The notes below the pieces were generated by a model, which saw only the letters and a program-made list of their open reading frames with translations, searched no databases and was not told where the DNA came from. Of a DNA stretch of 64,000 nucleotides, positions 49,895 to 59,082 are shown one piece after another (position 1 is the stretch's first letter; every line of letters begins with the position of its first letter). The position numbers and the translations under genes are program-made. Origin of the DNA: an uncultured Acidobacteriota bacterium (GTDB taxonomy: Bacteria > Acidobacteriota > Blastocatellia > RBC074); NCBI GenBank assembly GCA_963796275.1, contig CAWCKY010000003.1, forward strand, positions 768,001 through 832,000, given 5' to 3'.

Positions 49895-50809
49895 CTATGG
49901 ACGCGGATTCGGTGGCTTGGTTTTGCCCGGCTCTTCCTTCTTCACTTCTCCGGGTTTGCCAGCTTCCTTCGGATCGACTTCCTCTTCGACGCCGGTGAGC
50001 TTCACGTCTGACTGGAACTGGCGATAGTTCTTGTACCTGGTCACCATCCGGACATGGATGCGGCCGCTATCGAATTCAAGCACATCGTCACCATAGGTGT
50101 ATGTCGGGAACCAGTAACGACCATCAACATTTTCGCGATAGGTTTCGAATTTCGGGAAGCGTTGAGTGAATTCGGGAACGACCTTGCCTGCCGATTTCAC
50201 GATTTGCAGGTCCTGATCGTCAACCCATATCCTCCCCTGAAAGAATTTGCCCTCGATCTTCTGCTTACGCAGTTTATCCAACTCCTTTTTATTGGAGATC
50301 GCCTTCGGGGTTACATCGAAGACATAGGTATCCAATTGATCGACCTTCTCTTTACCTACGTAGCTCACGTTGTAGTTCGGCAAATCTTCGCCAGTTAAGG
50401 CGAATGGCTGAAGGTTGATGAATGCGTTCTTATCTTCTTGGGTCATGGTCAAGCCAGCCTGGTCCAGGGTCGACTGGGGGGCTTTGAGGATGCGCTCGAT
50501 TCTTTTTCCCGCATCATTAAAAACGAATTCCGAAACCTGATAGAACTCACCCGAGATGGTATCGGCAGGGCCGATCACCTGGAGTTTGGATTCCTGAATA
50601 TAGGAATACTCTTTAAAAGTCTCGCGCAGTTCGGTCTCCCGAGACGTAAACCGTTGGATGATTTCATCCGGTCTGAGAGACTTGTTCGTCTGAGTATTTG
50701 TCTCAAGACTCACCTCTCTGGGCCTGTTCGTATCCTGAGCTGAAATCGACCAGAGCGAGCCGAACAGGCAAAAGATGGATAGAATTGCAAAGCGACTTGT
50801 TTTCCTCAT
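49895..50809 (-). CDS. Secreted hypothetical protein (LolA-like/outer-membrane lipoprotein-sorting-like, Acidobacteria type)
   Basis: Signal peptide, YVGKEKVDQLDTYVFDVTP, FQGRIWVDDQDLQIVK and YWFPTYT; SD AGGAGG before ATG 50809. Confidence 0.75.
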   Translation of the reverse strand: MRKTSRFAILSIFCLFGSLWSISAQDTNRPREVSLETNTQTNKSLRPDEIIQRFTSRETELRETFKEYSYIQESKLQVIGPADTISGEFYQVSEFVFNDAGKRIERILKAPQSTLDQAGLTMTQEDKNAFINLQPFALTGEDLPNYNVSYVGKEKVDQLDTYVFDVTPKAISNKKELDKLRKQKIEGKFFQGRIWVDDQDLQIVKSAGKVVPEFTQRFPKFETYRENVDGRYWFPTYTYGDDVLEFDSGRIHVRMVTRYKNYRQFQSDVKLTGVEEEVDPKEAGKPGEVKKEEPGKTKPPNPRP

Positions 50810-50962
50810 AACTTTCCTCCTACAAGGTCTGTTGTACCCGCGCATTTATGTATGAATGATTATAACGAAAAATGTTGCGTTAAGTAACTGAGGCGGCACG
50901 CAGAATTCAGAACGGGGAAAATCACCAAAATTTTATAATGTTTGCAGTGAATACCGGCCGTT

Positions 50963-51454
50963 TTAGTATTCTTCATCTGAAACCCCAATTCCCAGTGCTC
51001 GAATTTTCCGAAGCACGAGATCATAACTGAATCCACGGCGCAGTAAATAATCGAACAGCTTCTTCGATTCCTTGCGCGTCTCCGGACAACCTCTCAACCT
51101 TATACGTTTGTTGATGGCGCGGTCGATTAATTCCTCTTCGCTTTGCATCGAGTAGGTTTCCTCGATGGTATTTTCGACAGTTTGCAGCGGCAATTTCTTG
51201 CGTTGCAAATCGCGGCGCAGGCGTGTGGGGCCCAGAGGCTTGGCGGCGAGACGCGATGTCGCGAATGAAATGGCAAATTGCCGGTCGTTTAAATACCCGA
51301 GCTCCTCGAGGCGCGCTATGACCTGGTTGACCGCCGTCTCATCCGCCCAATCTTTTTCAAGCAGTCGGCCGCGCAATTCCTCAATGCTTCGCGGCTTGTA
51401 TGAAAGCAGCCGAAACGCGCGTTCCAGCAATTTCTCATAGATTGAGGCAGCCAT
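50963..51454 (-). CDS. recX: Regulatory protein RecX
   Basis: LLSYKPRSIEELR.RL, LGYLNDRQFA, GPTRL and YLLRRGFS. Confidence 0.92.
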   Translation of the reverse strand: MAASIYEKLLERAFRLLSYKPRSIEELRGRLLEKDWADETAVNQVIARLEELGYLNDRQFAISFATSRLAAKPLGPTRLRRDLQRKKLPLQTVENTIEETYSMQSEEELIDRAINKRIRLRGCPETRKESKKLFDYLLRRGFSYDLVLRKIRALGIGVSDEEY

Positions 51455-51575
51455 ATTCCAATCCTGATACCGATAAACGAATCAGTCAAGCTCGAACTCA
51501 TTTTACGATTTCTTGATGGGCGTGCTATATTTGCGTCCTGCTACTCAAAATCATACCACAGTTGAGGTACGGAAT

Positions 51576-52325
51576 ATGTCAGGGCATTCAAAATGGCATT
51601 CAATAAAACATAAAAAGGGCGCGCTCGATGCCAAGCGCGGAAAACTCTTTACTAAATTGATCAAGGAAATAACCATCGCGGCGCGGAGCGGAGGCAGCGG
51701 AGACCCTAATCAAAATCCGCGTCTGCGCAAAGCGATCCTCGACGCCAAAGCCGCTAATATGCCGAACGATACGATCGATCGTGCGACCAAACGTGGCACG
51801 GGTGAGCTGGAGGGCGCGAACTATGAAGAAGTGACCTACGAAGGCTATGGGCCCGGTGGAATTGCGCTGATGATTCAGACCACCACGGACAACCGTAATC
51901 GCACGGTATCGGAGATCCGCCATATCTTTTCAAAGTACGGCGGCAACCTGGGTGAAGCGGGTTCGGTCGGCTGGATGTTCAACAAGAAAGGGCAGATCAT
52001 CGTCGATTCGACGCTCAAGGGCGAGGACCAGATGATGGAGATTGCGGTGGACGCGGGCGCTGAGGATATGCAGAATTACGGTGATACTTATCAAATTCTC
52101 GCGGCTCCCGATGACTTCCATGCAGTGCTCGAAAAGATCAAAGGCGCCGGCATCGAGCCGATCTCCGCAGAGATCACTATGATCCCACAGAACACAATTA
52201 AACTCGAAGGCGGCTCAGCCACCCAGATGCTCAAGCTTTATGAAGCTCTTGACGACCAAGAGGACGTACAGAGTGTCTCCGCTAACTTCGAGATCGATGA
52301 TGCTGTCATGGAACAGCAGGCGTAA
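51576..52325 (+). CDS. yebC: YebC/PmpR-family protein
   Basis: MSGHSKWHSIKHKK, YEGYGPGG, TDNRNRT and DDQEDVQ. Confidence 0.97.
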   Translation: MSGHSKWHSIKHKKGALDAKRGKLFTKLIKEITIAARSGGSGDPNQNPRLRKAILDAKAANMPNDTIDRATKRGTGELEGANYEEVTYEGYGPGGIALMIQTTTDNRNRTVSEIRHIFSKYGGNLGEAGSVGWMFNKKGQIIVDSTLKGEDQMMEIAVDAGAEDMQNYGDTYQILAAPDDFHAVLEKIKGAGIEPISAEITMIPQNTIKLEGGSATQMLKLYEALDDQEDVQSVSANFEIDDAVMEQQA

Positions 52326-52328
52326 TGA

Positions 52329-52438
52329 CGGTTGTCGGTTGCCGGTTAATCGCTCATATATCTCAGTTCACTGTCGGTTGCCTGAAAACTTGAGGCCGGA
52401 ACCGACTATCGAAACAAACCGACGACCGACAACTGACT
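52329..52438. repeat. Inverted heptamer arrays (CGGTTGT/AACCGAC type)
   Basis: CGGTTGTCGGTTGCCGGTT...AACCGACGACCGACAACTGAC; a related element lies at 58198-58278. Confidence 0.7.
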
Positions 52439-52439
52439 T

Positions 52440-53135
52440 ATGAATTTCAAAAGGCGCGGAGCTGAGACAGGCAGCGGTTTTCAGGAAGCGATCAACCGAA
52501 CCAACGAGGGTTACGAACGTAACGGACGGGCCTGCATCACACGCAAGGCGATTCCCGGAAAATATCTGATCGAACGCGGCGAATCGCGCCGGGGGCTTTC
52601 ATTGCCTCCGATCGATAAACCTCCGGGCAGAGGGCAGACGCGCCTTGATTCGGCTGAATTAGCTCGTCTGGTCAAAAAGCACAAAGTGACCGACTGGCGC
52701 CGATTCGTTCCAGAATCGAAAGCGGAACCCGACTATGGCGGCGTTCTGGCTGGCGATGGGCGGGCGATTTTTTACGATGCCAAAACCACCAGGCGTGACG
52801 CGCTCGATTTCGATAATCTGCACGCGCATCAGATTTTGTTTCTCGAGCGGACTGCTGGCTTTGGGGCAGTCGCTGGTTTTCTCGTCGAGTTCAGCAAATA
52901 TGGCGAGGTCTATTTTCTCCCGATCCAGATTTTGTCGCTCTGGCGCGATGCAAGCGCGCGCAAGAGCATTCCGCGCCGGTTTTTTAATGATAACCTGGTT
53001 CCGGCTCAACCGGGCAAAGGGTTGATCATTTTCGATTACCTCACGGCAATCGAAGAGCAGGAGCGACGCTACAGTCGCGACTTTTCCGGGTTTCGTATAA
53101 CGATCCATCGCAAAATCAAAAGTAAGATCAAATAA
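52440..53135 (+). CDS. recU: RecU-like Holliday junction resolvase
   Basis: GSGFQEAINRTNEGY, RKAIP, PDYGGV, IFYDAKTT, NLHAHQI.FL and GAVAGFLVEF (PD-(D/E)xK RecU signature). Confidence 0.82.
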   Translation: MNFKRRGAETGSGFQEAINRTNEGYERNGRACITRKAIPGKYLIERGESRRGLSLPPIDKPPGRGQTRLDSAELARLVKKHKVTDWRRFVPESKAEPDYGGVLAGDGRAIFYDAKTTRRDALDFDNLHAHQILFLERTAGFGAVAGFLVEFSKYGEVYFLPIQILSLWRDASARKSIPRRFFNDNLVPAQPGKGLIIFDYLTAIEEQERRYSRDFSGFRITIHRKIKSKIK

Positions 53136-53165
53136 CTCTCGGCCACCCCGATAGGAGAGACTTCA

Positions 53166-53921
53166 ATGATTTCAAAACAAAAAGTTCTACGTGTGTCTTT
53201 TCAGCAGGCCGGTGGCTTAATAATTCTTACCGTTCTGTTTTGTGTTCAGGTCGACGCGAAGCGGGTCGTCTTCGTGCCGGGGCAGCGCGCCATTGTATTC
53301 GATGAAAGGATATCCGCATTACGCACACAGCCTGATCTCAAAGCGCCACTACGACAACGACTCCGTCGCGGACGTGTGGTTGGCATTCTGCGGACAGCGA
53401 AGAACGATTCCGGCGCTCGTTTCTTTCGGGTTGCGATCTCGCGTAATACTCAAGGCTGGGTGTTGGCTGATGCTGTGGCGAGGAAGGGAAATCTCGCGGA
53501 CGCTCAAAGACTGATTTGGCTCATCGAAGCGACAAGCGACGAATTCACAAAGATGAAACTCGCGCGATTATGCGCTGATGAATATCGTATGACGAAATTC
53601 GCCCACCGCGCCTTGTTGCTATTGGGAAAAGCGGCCGAGGGTGCGGCCGATCGCCTGACTCGTGAGGCGATCCGAAGAATCGGTGATGGCGACTCAACCG
53701 GCGAATTGACTAGACGCTTCTATTTTTTGAACTATGTTGGGTTGGATCGTTATAACCGCATCGGCGTGACGTTCGATTACGATGAGACGGAAAATCGGAT
53801 AATTTACGATGGAAAGGCCTACCGCGAATTGCTGCGGCGCTATCCGCGGAGCGACGAGGCTGGTGAGGCGAGAGAGAGGCAGGATCGATTAAAACGGAAA
53901 ATCAGTAGCGCCGACGAGTAG
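53166..53921 (+). CDS. Secreted hypothetical protein (SH3-like N-domain plus helical/TPR-like domain)
   Basis: Signal peptide, ALRTQPD...QRLRRG..GWV and YRELLRRYPRSDEA. Confidence 0.7.
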   Translation: MISKQKVLRVSFQQAGGLIILTVLFCVQVDAKRVVFVPGQRAIVFDERISALRTQPDLKAPLRQRLRRGRVVGILRTAKNDSGARFFRVAISRNTQGWVLADAVARKGNLADAQRLIWLIEATSDEFTKMKLARLCADEYRMTKFAHRALLLLGKAAEGAADRLTREAIRRIGDGDSTGELTRRFYFLNYVGLDRYNRIGVTFDYDETENRIIYDGKAYRELLRRYPRSDEAGEARERQDRLKRKISSADE

Positions 53922-53982
53922 ATGGTTGGTGAGAAATCAATGGAGAAACTCAAACCCATACGCCCATTGATTTTCCCTCGCC

Positions 53983-54510
53983 TTACTTGCGAGGCCCATA
54001 ACTCTTGGATAGAAAATCGATCAGAGGCTCTTTTTCGGCCTCGGTTACCTGGGCGCCCCAGCGGATCATCTTATCGACCTCGCGCGTCCATCCGGGACGA
54101 GATAATCGCTGCTGCTGAGTCAAATCGGCCTCGTGGCAAAGCAGACATTTCTTCGCGAATATCTCTTTGCCCTGTGTTTCGCCAGAAGATGGGTGATTGG
54201 TGGCTTCAACCTTTTTCGGCCCGAAATTCGCCGCCAGATAATCTATCAATGCAGCTTTCTCCGCCTCCGCCACGGTCGCACCCCAGCGGATCATCTTATC
54301 GACCTCGCGCGTCCAGCCCTGCCGCGAGAGCCGCTGCGAAACGATCAGATCGGATTCGTGACAAGATAGACAGCTATCGCGCGCTACCTCGACGCCTTTG
54401 CCTTCAGGTAAATCCTGGCGTGCAGCCGAGACCGTGAGCAAGCCGTCGATGAGCATCGCAGCCATAATCAATGCTATTTTCAGTTTCACTATATTATGCG
54501 GCCTCGACAT
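53983..54510 (-). CDS. Diheme c-type cytochrome (duplicated SorB-like)
   Basis: CLSCH and CLLCH, each followed by QRLSR.GWTREVDKMIRWGA. Confidence 0.9.
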   Translation of the reverse strand: MSRPHNIVKLKIALIMAAMLIDGLLTVSAARQDLPEGKGVEVARDSCLSCHESDLIVSQRLSRQGWTREVDKMIRWGATVAEAEKAALIDYLAANFGPKKVEATNHPSSGETQGKEIFAKKCLLCHEADLTQQQRLSRPGWTREVDKMIRWGAQVTEAEKEPLIDFLSKSYGPRK

Positions 54511-55690
54511 TGATCCTCACTTTATCGATAACATTCCAGAGGTAACCCGATGGATTCCATTGCGGCGCCACTGGTTGAATCTGCCCTTTTTCATCGGTGG
54601 CGCGCGACATAACCAGGTAAGAGCCGGGCGCGCTGATGTTCAGCTCGTGTTCGAATGACTGCCAGGCGTAGCGTTCTCGCTCCTTTCCCAGCCGGGCTGG
54701 CGTCCACGTGCTTCCGTTGTCAATTGAAATATCGACCTTCGCTATCTTCGATTCTCCGGCCCAGGCAAAACCAGTCACACGAAGTTTGCCTGGTTTCACG
54801 GCCGCACCCTCGATGGGCGAGTTGATGAACGATTTAACCACCAATCCGGTTAATGGAACCATGAATTTCGGATCGACTGTAGCGCCCGGCGACACACGCC
54901 GGTTCGGGTAGCGATAGGCTGTCTTGACGAAAAATCCGTCATGCTCTTTTTCGATCACCTGAACGTGATTGAGCCATTTCACCGCGTAAGCCCCTTCCCA
55001 TCCCGGAATGATAGCGCGAAGCGGAAACCCGTGAAGTGCCGGCACCGGTTCACCGTTCATCTCGTATGCGAGAATTGTATCGGGATTCATAGCCTTAGCG
55101 AGCGGGACGTTGCGCACGAAATCGGGCATGCTGCCGACAGGTTTGTCCGCGCCGCCCAGCAGAACGTATTTGCCGATCGGCTTGACGCCGGCCTTCCCCA
55201 GCAGCTCGGACAGGCGTACGCCGGTCCACCGCGCAGTTCCGACCGCGCCCTTCTCCCACTGGATTCCCGCCACCGGCGGATCGAAAAATGCGCGTCCATT
55301 GCCAGCGCATTCGAGCGTGACTGTGACTGTCGCTCGTGCCATCTTTTTCAGCTCATCGATTGAGATAGTGAGCGGTCGTTCGACCTCGCCATCGACTTTG
55401 ATTGACCATTCCTTCGCAGCTGCGTCGTCGATGCTCGGAGCATAAGTATGAGTACGCACATAGAAAAGATCGTTCGGCGTTATCCAGGTATTGAGCAGAC
55501 TGACCGGAGTCTCTAGGTCTTCCGGCCTCACAGAACGGACGATGAGCCGCTCTTTGCCTTTGATTATAGTCTGGGCGAATCCCTGGTTCGGGACTAACCG
55601 GCTCAGTGCAAAAGCCGCCCCCGCCAATCCTCCGGCGGCCATAAAATCGCGGCGCGTGCTGTGCTTATCATTTTTATTATTATTATTCAT
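54494..55690 (-). CDS. Sulfite oxidase family molybdoenzyme (SorA-like), Tat exported
   Basis: TRRDFM, TPNDLFYVR, LECAGNGR, MNGEP.P.LHGFPLR, VKWL and WNPSGYLWN. Confidence 0.93.
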   Translation of the reverse strand: MNNNNKNDKHSTRRDFMAAGGLAGAAFALSRLVPNQGFAQTIIKGKERLIVRSVRPEDLETPVSLLNTWITPNDLFYVRTHTYAPSIDDAAAKEWSIKVDGEVERPLTISIDELKKMARATVTVTLECAGNGRAFFDPPVAGIQWEKGAVGTARWTGVRLSELLGKAGVKPIGKYVLLGGADKPVGSMPDFVRNVPLAKAMNPDTILAYEMNGEPVPALHGFPLRAIIPGWEGAYAVKWLNHVQVIEKEHDGFFVKTAYRYPNRRVSPGATVDPKFMVPLTGLVVKSFINSPIEGAAVKPGKLRVTGFAWAGESKIAKVDISIDNGSTWTPARLGKERERYAWQSFEHELNISAPGSYLVMSRATDEKGQIQPVAPQWNPSGYLWNVIDKVRINVEAA

Positions 55691-55853
55691 CTACTACTCC
55701 ATGAATTTGTGACTGCCTCGACCTGTGGTGCGGTCAGGTGAGTTTTCCGGTGTGCGTACATAAAATATGATGATTGCATAAAAAGTGACAAAACGAAACA
55801 TTTGACTCTTCCTCTGAGTCGTTTCAAAATTCGCCACGGCCAGAATAGATGCT

Positions 55854-56495
55854 ATGATTGATCACCTGCAAAAGAGTTATGTGGAAAAGCGCACGGCGAT
55901 CTGTGCCCGGTTGGCACAGTTCGCGGAGGTAGGGCGTGAGTCCGATGATGCCCGTTTATTCGAAGAGCTGGTTTTCTGTATATTCACGGCCGGCGCGAGC
56001 GCGAAGATGGGATTGAATTCGATCGAGCGGGTTCGGCCGCATCTGCTCAAGGCTAATCATCGAAAGCTCATGACTGTGCTGGTCGGATCGCACCGCTATC
56101 CGCGCGCGCGTTCCGGCTACATCGTACACACGAGAGCTTATCTGCGGAGAGAGTGTGACTTGCGTTTACGGGAAAAACTCGCATCATTTGATGAGGATAT
56201 GGAGGCGCGGCGAGATTTTTTCGCCAGAAACCCCGGCATTAAAGGGATCGGATATAAGGAGGCCAGTCATTATCTGCGAAACATCGGCTATCGCGGATAT
56301 GGGATACTTGACAAACATATTCTCCGCACTCTGCATGAATGCGGAGTTATTGATTCGCCGCAACCGCCCACGACGAAAAAAAACTATCTCGTTATTGAAG
56401 AAAGCATGAGAAAATTTGCCGGGGATATTAAAATCAATTTCGACGAACTCGATCTCCTCCTTTGGTCGAATAAAACCGGTGAGATACTGAAATAA
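55854..56495 (+). CDS. ogg: 8-oxoguanine DNA glycosylase/AP lyase (Ogg2, archaeal/Thermotoga type)
   Basis: LFEELVFCIFTA, IKGIGYKEASHYLRNIG, ILDKHILR, ELDLLLW and C-terminal GEILK. Confidence 0.9.
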   Translation: MIDHLQKSYVEKRTAICARLAQFAEVGRESDDARLFEELVFCIFTAGASAKMGLNSIERVRPHLLKANHRKLMTVLVGSHRYPRARSGYIVHTRAYLRRECDLRLREKLASFDEDMEARRDFFARNPGIKGIGYKEASHYLRNIGYRGYGILDKHILRTLHECGVIDSPQPPTTKKNYLVIEESMRKFAGDIKINFDELDLLLWSNKTGEILK

Positions 56496-56501
56496 CCCCT
56501 T

Positions 56502-58195
56502 GTGAGGTGTCTTATGAAAACTATGCTCCGGTTAGAGGTTGTATTCCTGCTGTTAACGCTCGTGTTGCTGCCGGCGGCCGGACTGGCCGAATCTCGCGGC
56601 AAGGCGCTCAAACGCGCCGAGAAAGAACTGAGACAGGCGAATTTCGGAGAGGCTGAGAAAATTTATCGGCAACTTGTCGAACGCGATCAGAAGGATAAGG
56701 ATGCGCGCCTGGGATTGAGCTTTGCATTGATAAAGCAGGGCAAATTACAGGATTCGTACGAACAGGCTGCACAGGTTATTGCCGCGGACCCGCTGAGCTC
56801 GCGCGCGCACGCGCTGCTGGGAACGTCACTTTTGCGTTCAGGCGAGTTTCGCAATTCGATCGAGGCGCTTTACACGGCCGTCAAATTCAACAACCGCGAA
56901 TCGCTCGCCATCGCGGGGCTGGCCGAGATCGAATATTTCGAGAACAGATCGCGCACAGCCTATGAATGGTTGAAACGAGCCGTGCAGCTCGATCCGCTCG
57001 AGCCGGATTATTACATCTCGCTCGCACGGTCCTGCTCACGTCTGGAGTATTACGGTGAAGCGGCGGACGCCTACCAGCGCTTCCTCGACGTCTCGCCCAA
57101 GACGGATATCGAGCGGCGCGCGCGCATCCGAGGCCTGATCGATTTTTACAGGTATCTCGGCACCACCAAGATACACAGGACTGTGGGGAAGGAATCTCCA
57201 CGATCCCCATCAATCTGGTCAACCATCGACCATTTATCGATATAACGGTCAATGGCAAAGGGACATTGAAATTTGTCGTCGATACGGGCGCCAGTCTCTC
57301 CGTCATTTCGGATAAGGCTGCCGAGCGTTTGGGGATCAAGCAGGTCGCGCGCGGCGGGAATGCGCGAGCCATAGGCGGAACCGGAACATTCCCGATCATC
57401 TATGGCCTGCTCGATTCTATCGCAATCGGTGAGGCGAGGATCGAAGCCGTACCGGTCTATATCCGCACGGTACACAGCGCTCCGGACACCGCCGAAGCGG
57501 AGAGAGCCGACGGTTACATCGGATTATCCGTGCTCTCAAACTTCGCGGTGACGCTCGATTATCAAACCCGGCGAATGGTGCTCGATCGTACGCCGGTCCG
57601 GGAGGAGCCAACTGCCGCCAAACCCGATCAAGGGAAGACCGATCTGCCCGTATCCGATCCCGCTCGGGTCGACCCGTTGAAGAGTGAGACGAAGAGTGAG
57701 ACGAAGCCCGATACGCCCCCGGCGGTCAGCGGCACTCTGGCGGAGGCCGATACGTATGAGATCCCGATCCGGAGCACGAGCGGCGGACTGGCGAGCGCTG
57801 AAACGCGGCTGCCTGATATGGATCGTCCGCTCAACTTCATCATCGATACGGGCGCGACCGTCAGCGTGGTCTCCAAAGCGATCGTCAAGAAATATAGCCT
57901 CGAAGGGTTGAAGCTGCAGGGGCTGAAGTATCGCGTCATCGGCGCCGCCGGGATCGAGGAGGGAGCCGAAGCGTTGGGGCTTTCAACGCTCACCGTCAGC
58001 GGTTTGAAGAAGCAGAATGCGAGAGCCTTGATCCTCGACCTCGAAGCGGTCAATGAGACATCGGGGTTCGAACAACACGGAATTCTGGGGGGAGATTATC
58101 TATCGCATTTCCGGATCGTGCTCGATCTGCGGCGATATCAATTCAAACTCACGCCCCAGACTGCCGCGATCACGGTGGCTGCGGAGAAACAGTAA
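56502..58195 (+). pseudogene. Secreted TPR plus double retropepsin-like aspartyl protease split by a -1 frameshift at about 57194 (or a sequencing error)
   Basis: Signal peptide and TPRs; the -1 frame continues ISTIPINLVNHRPFIDITVNGKGTLKFVVDTGAS; a second domain has FIIDTGAT and GILGGDYL. Confidence 0.8.
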
Positions 58196-58281
58196 GGCAG
58201 TCGGTTGCCGGTTCGCCTCTAACGTTCCGTAGTTTTTTGAAACCACCGGTAGCGACCGACTATCGGTAACCGGCAACTTAT

Positions 58282-58743
58282 ATGGTCACCAGCATCTATC
58301 TCGAAACATCGGTAATCGGCGCCTATCTCGACAAAGGCGAATCGTTTCGTCGGGACCTGACGATCCGCTGGTGGGAACATGAGTCGAAAAATTATCGTGC
58401 GTTCGTCTCGCCGCTGGTCGAAAGAGAGCTCGAACGAACGCGCGAACCGTATCGACAGAGTTATCTCCTGTTGATCCAAGGATTGCCGCAACTCGAGATT
58501 ACGGAAGAAGCGGCTATTCTGGCCGATGGATATGTTGCGCGCGGGATCTTTCAGAGGAAGTATCTGGGTGACGCTCTGCACGTGGCCCTCGCGTCATACC
58601 ACAAAATCGATTTTCTGGTGACCTGGAATTTCGGTTATCTCGCAAATGTCCACCGGCAGGCCCGGATCAAGCTATTCAACACCGCCGCCGGATTCTTCGT
58701 CCCCGAGATCGTGACGCCGGAGTTTTTGGTAAGCGAACTTTAG
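58282..58743 (+). CDS. PIN-domain protein (VapC-like)
   Basis: IYLETSVI, VSPLVEREL, DALHVALA and LVTWNF. Confidence 0.9.
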   Translation: MVTSIYLETSVIGAYLDKGESFRRDLTIRWWEHESKNYRAFVSPLVERELERTREPYRQSYLLLIQGLPQLEITEEAAILADGYVARGIFQRKYLGDALHVALASYHKIDFLVTWNFGYLANVHRQARIKLFNTAAGFFVPEIVTPEFLVSEL

Positions 58744-58748
58744 TAAAA

Positions 58749-58823
58749 CAGTTTTCAGTTGTCAGTTTTCAGTCTTTGATTCCGCTCTCAACTGAAAACT
58801 AAAAACTGAAAACTAAAAAACTG
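58749..58823. repeat. Inverted heptamer arrays (CAGTTTT / AAAACTG)
   Basis: CAGTTTTCAGTTGTCAGTTTTCAGT...AACTGAAAACTAAAAACTGAAAACTAAA. Confidence 0.8.
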
Positions 58824-58827
58824 ATTT

Positions 58828-59043
58828 ATGTATCAACGTCCGAGATTTTTGGAAGAATTGCATGCCATACGCGAAGAGATGTCGCGCGAATGCGATTATG
58901 ATGTCGACCTCTTCGCTGAAATGGTACGTAGTAATCAACCGCCTAAACATGGCCCCGCGCGGAATATTCGTGGATTCCGGCAGTATGTTCCTCCGAACGC
59001 CGCCTTCGTCGAGAAGATCAGGAGGTTAGGTAAAAAGAAGTAG
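58828..59043 (+). CDS. Small hypothetical protein, possible antitoxin partner of the PIN gene
   Basis: LEELHAIREEMSRECDYDV pattern, as seen in small proteins next to this PIN subfamily. Confidence 0.65.
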   Translation: MYQRPRFLEELHAIREEMSRECDYDVDLFAEMVRSNQPPKHGPARNIRGFRQYVPPNAAFVEKIRRLGKKK

Positions 59044-59082
59044 CCCGAGATTAATGAGATGTTCAGCACTCAGCACTGAAAT

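Noticed and set aside
54494-55690. Functional link between the XdhC pair and the sulfite oxidase
   Set aside because: XdhC matures xanthine-oxidase-family enzymes, not sulfite-oxidase-family ones, and the genes are about 19 kb apart.
57185-57200. Programmed -1 ribosomal frameshift in the TPR-protease gene
   Set aside because: GGGGAAGGAATC is not an X XXY YYZ slippery heptamer, and no stimulatory hairpin is evident.
57679-57706. 12-bp in-frame tandem repeat (KSETKSETK)
   Set aside because: Ordinary linker slippage with no evident function.
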